Position numbers and translations under genes: made by a program. Below, one piece after another: positions 1 to 10,162 of a stretch of 10,162 nucleotides of DNA (position 1 is the stretch's first letter; each line of letters opens with the position of its first letter). The DNA comes from Azolla caroliniana (lineage: Eukaryota; Plantae; Polypodiophyta): NCBI GenBank assembly GCA_043228905.1, contig JBHGNT010001296.1:1-10162 (forward strand), in the 5' to 3' direction. Under the pieces are notes generated by a model. That model was given only the letters and a program-made list of their open reading frames with translations, was not told where the DNA came from and did no database searches.

Positions 1-91
1 ATGCATCGACTACTTGTGGGATCGCACACACCTAGGATACTTGAGCTAGATATCTCAACACTCAGAACCGTAAGGAGGACAAGTGGTTAAG

Positions 92-100
92 CTATAAAAA
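92..100 (+). promoter_or_regulatory. Candidate TATA box (CTATAAAAA) for the PPR gene
   Basis: Consensus match ~480 nt upstream of the ATG; motif only, no transcript evidence. Confidence 0.3.
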
Positions 101-271
101 ACCTTCAGTTTTGGCTGGTGTGAAACATACATGTAAAACCTAGTTATGGTATGTGCTCATCACGGAAAACTCTTGTCTACCTAGTAAGTAGGTCACCTCA
201 AAATCATGTGCAATGGTGTGCCAGAACGAACAATTGTGATCGTCGTCATGGTGTGACAACACCCTCGAAAG

Positions 272-341
272 GTAATATTTTTACGATGTGTCAACCTAAT
301 ATGTTTGTCAAACCATAGTTGTACCCTAACATCTTGTATAG
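272..341 (+). other. Probable 5' UTR intron of the PPR gene (70 nt)
   Basis: Donor AAG|GTAATA, branch-like CCCTAAC at 324-330, acceptor TGTATAG|GT; AT-rich. Confidence 0.55.
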
Positions 342-362
342 GTTCCATGGCCATGGAACCTA
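339..362. repeat. Perfect 24-bp palindrome TAGGTTCCATGGCCATGGAACCTA
   Basis: Equals its own reverse complement; extends to 336-365 with one mismatched pair. Confidence 0.95.
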
Positions 363-463
363 CACCATGTCGAAGAAGTGTGAAGGTTTTGTGCAATCCG
401 CGATGCATTGTTGAGGTAAAGCTCGAATGGCCTGTGAATTATCCGATCCTTCCTTCTATGTAA
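347..463 (+). promoter_or_regulatory. Candidate uORF (38 aa, MAMEPTPCRRSV...PILPSM) upstream of the PPR ORF
   Basis: Two in-frame ccATGg starts (347, 353) in strong context; TAA at 461-463. Confidence 0.35.
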
Positions 464-575
464 AAGTCTTTGGGTGCATTCTGGAGCCAAAGCTATGTAG
501 TGATGAGAGCTATGGAGTTTGTAGATTTGTTTGTTGTAAGGAAAACTTTGAGAGAAGAATGAAAGCTCATCATGC

Positions 576-2726
576 ATGTCCATGGCCCTCTACACACATA
601 TGGTGAAGAAGAGGATCAATGGAGGAGGTCCTATGCTTGGCCTCTCCACCTACCAGGAGACATTCTCTCTTGCTGGAAGGAAAACTTATGCTAGCCATGC
701 AAAGAATCCTTGGGATGCAGAAACCTCTGGCTTGGAACATCGAATCCTTTGTTTAGAACAATCTCCCAAGCCTCCTTCCGTCAGCAATTTGATATGCATC
801 TTGCAGGAATGCAGAAAGGAAAGAGATCCATCATATGCCAAACGCCTGAAAATGTATATGGAAAGGAAAGACCTTAAAGGGCATATTGTGTTGGGGAATT
901 ACCTTGTATCTATGTTGGCTGATTGTGGTTGTCTTCCTGAGGCCGAGAAGGTCATGGAAAGCCTAGAATTTCGGAATACCTATTCTTGGAATGCTCTTAT
1001 TTTGAGTTATATCGAATGTGGAAAAGCAGACGATGTTTTCCATCTCTACAAGAGAATGCAATCAGATGGTTTGCATCCAACTACCTACACTTTCGTGGCT
1101 CTTCTCAAGGCTTGTGCTATACAGAAAAACCTGGAAATGGGCCGAAAACTTCAGGAGGAAGTGATAAGCATGGGCTTAGAGAATGATGTTTTTGTCGGAA
1201 ATGCATTGATTGATATGTTCAGCAAATGTGGCTCTATTGCAGAGTCACAGGAAGTATTTGATAGCCAAGGGGCACGAGATGTGGTCTCATGGAGCTCAAT
1301 GATAGCAACCTATGTGGGTCATGGTTATTACAAGAATGCGATCGATTGTTTCTCACAGATGATTTCAGAGGGTGGATTACCAAATGCTGTGACCTATACG
1401 ATTTGCTTACAAGCTTGTAACAGCATTAGAGCAATAGAAACCGGACGCTATATATTTGCCGATGTTTTGAAGAGGGGTTTGGATGATGATATTTATGTAG
1501 GAAACACAAGTTTAGACATGTTTTGCAAATGTGGGTACCTTGAGGAAGCTCAGATTGTGTTCGATAAGCTTCCTACACATGATATTGTGTCATGGAATGT
1601 ATTGATGGCCGGATATATTGAACTTGGCTATGGTAAGGAAGCTTTGCATTGCTTTGAAAAGGTACATTCAGAGAATATGTTGTTGGATGATGTTGCAGTC
1701 ATATGTGGCCTGAAAGCTTGTGGTACCATCAGATCAATAAGTTTGGGCCATTCCATATATGTTGGGATTGTGAAGAGTGGATTGGACCAAAACTCTACTG
1801 TAGGCAATATGTTGGTTGATATGTTTGGAAAATGTGGCTTGCTTGAGGAGGCACAACAAGTATTTGACAAACTATTATCCCGGGACAACGTGTCTTGGAG
1901 CTCACTCATGATGGGATATGCCCAACATGGTCAAGCTGACAAAGCTTTGGATTGCATTCATCAAATGCAAATGCAATGTGTATCACCTGACGATGTTCTT
2001 CTTGCTTGTAGTTTAAAAACATGCTATACCTTGAATTCTGTAGAAAAGGGTCGTGAAATGCATGGTCAGATTACAAAATATGGCTTGGAGAAGGATTATG
2101 TTATTGGTAGTGTATTGGTAGATATGTATGGAGAATGTGGCGCACTCTTAGAGGCAAGAAATGTGTTTGATGACCTCCCGGTGCGAAATATTACAACATG
2201 GAGCTCAATCATAAAAGGGTGTGGTATCAACCATCAAGGTAATATGGCTGTGCAATACTTCAAGGGCATGCAAGAAAAAGGTTTAAAGCCAGATTCCATA
2301 GCATATACGGCGGTTTTAGTTGCATGTAGCCACACTAATCTCGTCTTTAAAGGGCAAGAGTACTTTTTGATGATGGAAATGGGACCGAGGCAGACTGTCT
2401 ATCAATTTTCTTGTATGGTAGATCTTCTTGCACGATCGGGATATGTGAATCAGGCAGTGGGCATTCTGGATACTGTGCAATGGCCACCACCAAAAGAAAC
2501 GTGGAAAGCTTTGCTTACTGCTTGTAAAATATATGGAGAAGTTGACCTTGGCCTGAGATGTTTTAAACATCTCGTAATAATGGACCCTAATGATGCTTCT
2601 GCATATGCAATAATGGCTGACATATACAGAAATGCAGAGGAACTCAATAATTCAGATAGAATGGAGAAATTAAGAGAACTACATAGGAGTCAGAAAAAGC
2701 ATGTGTCAAAGGTTTTACAGCAGTGA
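576..2726 (+). CDS. PLS-class pentatricopeptide repeat protein, E subclass (organellar RNA-editing specificity factor), no intact DYW domain
   Basis: 716-aa intronless ORF. From ~780 the motif order is L-S-(P-L-S)x4-P2-L2-S2-E1-E2 (e.g. DVFVGNALIDMFSKCGS, DVVSWSSMI, ACSH, CMVDLLARSG, WKALLTACKIYG). The ~65-aa non-repeat N-terminus is a possible organellar targeting peptide. The start Met is uncertain (several nearby). Confidence 0.95.
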   Translation: MSMALYTHMVKKRINGGGPMLGLSTYQETFSLAGRKTYASHAKNPWDAETSGLEHRILCLEQSPKPPSVSNLICILQECRKERDPSYAKRLKMYMERKDLKGHIVLGNYLVSMLADCGCLPEAEKVMESLEFRNTYSWNALILSYIECGKADDVFHLYKRMQSDGLHPTTYTFVALLKACAIQKNLEMGRKLQEEVISMGLENDVFVGNALIDMFSKCGSIAESQEVFDSQGARDVVSWSSMIATYVGHGYYKNAIDCFSQMISEGGLPNAVTYTICLQACNSIRAIETGRYIFADVLKRGLDDDIYVGNTSLDMFCKCGYLEEAQIVFDKLPTHDIVSWNVLMAGYIELGYGKEALHCFEKVHSENMLLDDVAVICGLKACGTIRSISLGHSIYVGIVKSGLDQNSTVGNMLVDMFGKCGLLEEAQQVFDKLLSRDNVSWSSLMMGYAQHGQADKALDCIHQMQMQCVSPDDVLLACSLKTCYTLNSVEKGREMHGQITKYGLEKDYVIGSVLVDMYGECGALLEARNVFDDLPVRNITTWSSIIKGCGINHQGNMAVQYFKGMQEKGLKPDSIAYTAVLVACSHTNLVFKGQEYFLMMEMGPRQTVYQFSCMVDLLARSGYVNQAVGILDTVQWPPPKETWKALLTACKIYGEVDLGLRCFKHLVIMDPNDASAYAIMADIYRNAEELNNSDRMEKLRELHRSQKKHVSKVLQQ

Positions 2727-2842
2727 ACAAAATTGTACATTATTTCAGAGTGGATAAATCCAAAGGAAGAACTGCGTAGTAAAGCTTGAATTTAGAAGTA
2801 AACATGCCAGGATATGGTTGTTCCCTAAGCCTTTGCGCCTGA
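2705..2842 (+). pseudogene. Degenerate, out-of-frame remnant of the E+/N-terminal DYW region of the PPR gene
   Basis: The frame starting at 2705 reads VKGFTAVNKIVHYFRVDKSKGRTA**SLNLEVNMPGYGCSLSLCA*. This matches the 'IEVNxxVHxF...L...MK..GY.P' pattern expected directly after E2. It is offset by 2 nt from the PPR ORF. Confidence 0.7.
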
Positions 2843-3696
2843 GTAGTCCCAGAAAGCTGCTGCTTCTACTTAAGCTCTCCTTCATCCTCTCTGAATTTAA
2901 CCCTGAAATCAAAATGTCACTCCCCTGCATCACTCAAGTAATGAGCTGGCACCAGTGACTTTCAACTTGATTCATTGCAGAGGTGTGCCCTTTATGCCAA
3001 ACATTTCAAACTGCACCTGAGAAGCTAGCTGATACAGCATGATTCTCACAATATGCTACTGGATGTGATAAGATTCATACATTAAGCAAGATCTCTTCTT
3101 TGAGAAGTTGAGCCTTACAGGCAGAATGCTTTTAGCCCATACTCCATGTGACATCGAGTGGATGTTGCTAAAGCTACAGAGAGCAAGGTGAGGACAACTC
3201 TTATGCTTGTGGTATGCAGTATAGGTTATCAACTTTGCACCTGATTATTCAACTTTTAACTAATTTTGACATCAGTTGCCAACAACATCATGCTAGTTGC
3301 AGTCACATGGTCAAGATCTGGACATACCATGATTTGACATACAGCACATGGAATACAGTCACATGTCAAGGAGACAAATCTGACTGATTACTTATTTTTT
3401 TGTTGATAAAATTTTTCTACATATGATTACTACGTCGCATATCACAATTTATTCTACCTCTCATTTATTCAAACTCAATTTCATGGGACTGAAAATGCCC
3501 TGATTCACGATGGAGAAACAGAATTGCATCCTGTTGTTGAACTGCAAGCTTTGTGCCCAAAATGTAATGTAATCTCTTGTGTTTGTTCTCGATACACCTG
3601 TTTTTTTCCCAACCGAATAATGAAAGGAATTTCATTGCATTTTTGTTTGATTGGGTTTCCCACAGTGAAGTCATAAAAGTTTCCAGCACAGTGCAC

Positions 3697-3803
3697 CTAA
3701 AACTATAATTTCAACAAAAGTGAATATGTATCTACAATAGATCACTATCATTTATTTATTCCTGATTTTTCCTCAATTATTATGTATATAGGAAGCAACT
3801 TAC
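3697..3803 (-). other. Candidate non-coding-region intron (107 nt) on the RUVBL1 strand
   Basis: Donor GTAAGT (3803-3798) and acceptor TTTTAG|GTG (AG at 3698-3697); AT-rich interior. Confidence 0.45.
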
Positions 3804-4958
3804 TCCAGTGGAGATTTTCCCTTTGCTCATAAATGCATTGACATTCAATCATATGGAAGGTACTTGCAAGTTGCAATATTTGATAGAGAGCTTGCTGTAA
3901 CAATGCTGAGGAAATAATTTCTCCCCAAGTTCTTAACTAAATCTGATGCCCTTGATCTAGCACAGAAAGCAATTATCATGCAGCAAATGCATCTAGCGTG
4001 GTGTTCTTGTAACATGTGAATCAGGGAACTAATGCAAACTCCAGCACATATGAGAAAAAAGGAAAAACTCGTAGGGTATATTAGAGATTTATCATTTAAC
4101 CATCTGATGTATGTTACTTAAAAAGATTGAATGAATGTGCCTCATAAACCAGCTCTCCTACAGATGGAGATTGACCTTGCGAAGTCATGCAAACACTTTT
4201 GCACTCCATATGAAACAGACTTTAAAGGCTATACACAAAATGACTATCAAAACAATTATATAAATTGGCGTGAGAATTTTAATAGCTAGCAGAGTTTGAA
4301 CTATGGATTAATAAAAGGCAAAATACAAAAGCTATTATTATGCTTAAAAAGTTACGCACATGTAATTCTTACAATTAGCAATGATACTAACAGCCTAACA
4401 GAAGACAAATATTAAGCACAACCCTAAACCCTCCATCTTTATGTATTATTAACAAAACAAGGATAAATAGAGATTATTAGACTTAGCCCATCATCCAGCC
4501 AATGTGAAGCACCTATTATGAAGAGTCTATAGAAAACGCAACAGCCTTCACGTACAACATATACAATTGTATAAAAGATTCTACATTTAAATGCAAACAT
4601 GAAAGTCTACGGAATCATGACTATTAAAGTGACTCAAATCATGCAACTTAACCTTAATCATTACGTAGACAAAATTTTACTCCCAAGTAAGATTTCAAGC
4701 TATGGAGTGGGAGTTGTGTGGTAGACAGTACAGGTTCTGTAAGATCGTCAAATTGTATTCAAGGATGCAAGATGTCAATTAGTACTCACATGAGCATTCC
4801 CCTTCCATACACCTCAATCAGCATTGCCTAGTGGCAAATACAAATCCGTTGCCTGATAAGCTGCAAAGTTAATTCGGCAGACAGAAACACATTAAGGCAG
4901 AGCAAATTGACGAACGAATAGTGTGACCATTTTCACTATCCAACAGGGACTTATGTTG

Positions 4959-9039
<4,081 letters not shown>

Positions 9040-9066
9040 GGTAGGGAAGGAGACAAGAATTGAGCA

Positions 9067-9145
9067 GAAGGAAGGAAAGATGGAAGGAAAGATGGAAGGA
9101 AGGAAACCTGCAGGCACTCTTCTGCTTCCTCTGCTGCTTCCTCTG
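9067..9145. repeat. Two short 12-bp tandem duplications in the RUVBL1 leader (GGAAGGAAAGAT x2.5; CTCTKCTGCTTC x2.4)
   Basis: Directly visible; pyrimidine-rich leader on the - strand before the ATG. Confidence 0.75.
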
Positions 9146-9183
9146 AGAGACAGAGACAGAGACAGAGACAGAAACAGAGAGAC
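9145..9183. repeat. (GAGACA)n hexamer microsatellite in the RUVBL1 promoter/5' UTR
   Basis: Four perfect units at 9147-9170, then GAAACA and GAGAGA. Confidence 0.9.
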
Positions 9184-9202
9184 TTAGAGTTAGTTAAGGT
9201 TT

Positions 9203-9242
9203 TACTTCTTCTTTCTTTCTTCTTCTTCTTCTTCTTTTCTTT
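9203..9242. repeat. (CTT/CTTT)n microsatellite, left part
   Basis: Directly visible pyrimidine repeat. Confidence 0.85.
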
Positions 9243-9594
9243 TAACAGTCGGCAATGGTTCGGTTTGAACCGAACCGAACCGAACCTCGAAATCGCGGCT
9301 TACCGGTCAACACGGTTCGGTTCGGTTTCAACAGTTAGAAACCGCGGTAAAAACGGTTTAATGGTTTTCTTCTTCTTTTTTTAATTTTAAAAAAAAATTA
9401 CAAATTTTATTTTTAAACAATCTTTTCATTTTTCATGCCTTATTCTCACATTTTAGGAGAAATCTTTAAAATTTTGACCTAAGCTAAAAACCGAAATTGC
9501 GGTTTTACCGGTTTGAAATTTTTTTTATGTTTCGGTTTTAACGGTTTCGTGGTTCAGGTCAATTTGGACCCTCTCGAACCCTTGCCGATTGTTA
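9243..9594. mobile_element. Non-autonomous DNA transposon (MITE-like), 352 bp
   Basis: 20-bp terminal inverted repeats: TAACAGTCGGCAATGGTTCG (9243-9262) versus the reverse complement of 9575-9594, TAACAATCGGCAAGGGTTCG (18/20). Subterminal AACCG/CGGTT arrays at both ends, AT-rich core, no coding capacity. Flanking CTTTTCTT at 9234-9241 and 9595-9602. Confidence 0.8.
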
Positions 9595-9697
9595 CTTTTC
9601 TTCTTCTTCTTTCTTCTTTCTTCTTTCTTCTTTCTTGTTTCTTCTTTCTTTCTTTCTTCTTCTTTCTTTATTTCTTCTTCTTCGTCTTCTTTTCCTT
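9595..9697. repeat. (CTT/CTTT)n microsatellite / polypyrimidine tract, right part
   Basis: About 100 nt of almost pure C/T. Confidence 0.9.
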
Positions 9698-10162
9698 TAT
9701 TTCCATGTCTTGATGTCTCATGGCTTCCTTCTCATTCATTTTCCTTTCCTTCCTCTCAGAGGCTCCAGAGACTTATCTTGCCAACAAATTCCGGCCATTT
9801 ACGGGCTTCCCGACCGCCCTTCCTCTCGAGTAGTCCATTTCACTCGCCTCGCTGGCCATGCCATTCTCCCCCCTAGAGGCAGCAACGACCCACGAGATCG
9901 TGATTGAGTACCAATCCATTTGGCTTTGGTATATAGAGCATGCAAGAAATGGCCAAAGAAGACAAGTAATGCATATATAACGAATGAAGAGAATGGAAAG
10001 AAGAGCAATGAGAGAAAAAGAGAGGAAGAAGGGAAGGGGGAATGATGGACAACAAAGGGGATGGAGATGTTGCGAACAGAATAACGAACATGAAGAGGGT
10101 GTATATATGAAATACAAGAAATCGTGTGTTTGGTATTATGCCTAGAGTTTGTTTTGTTCATT

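Noticed and set aside
501-506. TGATGA box C of a possible snoRNA; intronic C/D snoRNAs in RUVBL1 also looked for
   Set aside because: No suitably placed CTGA box D or terminal stem seen.
347-806. uORF exon (donor at 416) splicing in frame onto the PPR ORF
   Set aside because: Acceptors at 524 and 540 give a stop or the wrong frame; the in-frame acceptor at 806 would cut the first PPR motif.
986-2647. Short alternative-frame and antisense ORFs within the PPR gene
   Set aside because: Shadow ORFs of the real coding sequence; no recognisable products.
2899-3006. NPE...VCPLCQTF in another + frame as a relic of the DYW HxE...CxxCH zinc site
   Set aside because: Spacing from the GY segment is off and the intervening residues do not match. 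It cannot be told from chance without an alignment.
3300-3370. Short direct repeat CAGTCACATG(G)TCAAG at 3300-3315 and 3356-3370
   Set aside because: Two copies only; a local duplication, not an array or CRISPR-like structure.
4420-4432. Telomere-like AACCCTAAACCCT
   Set aside because: Under two units; too short to call an interstitial telomeric repeat.
9040-9117. In-frame GTG-initiated 26-aa N-terminal extension of RUVBL1
   Set aside because: Low-complexity repeat leader that lacks stops by composition; the ATG at 9039 has good context and matches the family start.
9513-10161. Several F/S/L-rich ORFs on both strands
   Set aside because: Artefacts of CT/GA-rich low-complexity sequence, mostly with non-ATG starts.

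Overview
Eukaryotic land-plant nuclear DNA; the PPR subtype suggests a fern or other seed-free plant (inference). Two convergent genes. On the + strand, an intronless PLS-class PPR gene (576..2726) encodes 17 PPR motifs plus E1-E2. Its C-terminal motifs resemble the DYW:KP (U-to-C 'reverse' editing) lineage, and a frameshifted, stop-interrupted start of an E+/DYW domain follows the stop. On the - strand, a complete 12-exon RuvB-like 1 (RUVBL1/TIP49a/RIN1) gene (9039..4959) splices by hand to 456 aa with all introns GT-AG. Upstream of RUVBL1 is a ~350-bp non-autonomous TIR element (9243..9594) inserted in a CTT microsatellite. The PPR leader has a probable intron whose acceptor lies in a perfect 24-bp palindrome holding two upstream ATGs. 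The spacer between the genes carries minus-strand splice signals that suggest a spliced RUVBL1 3' UTR. Family assignments come from recalled consensus sequences, not database searches.
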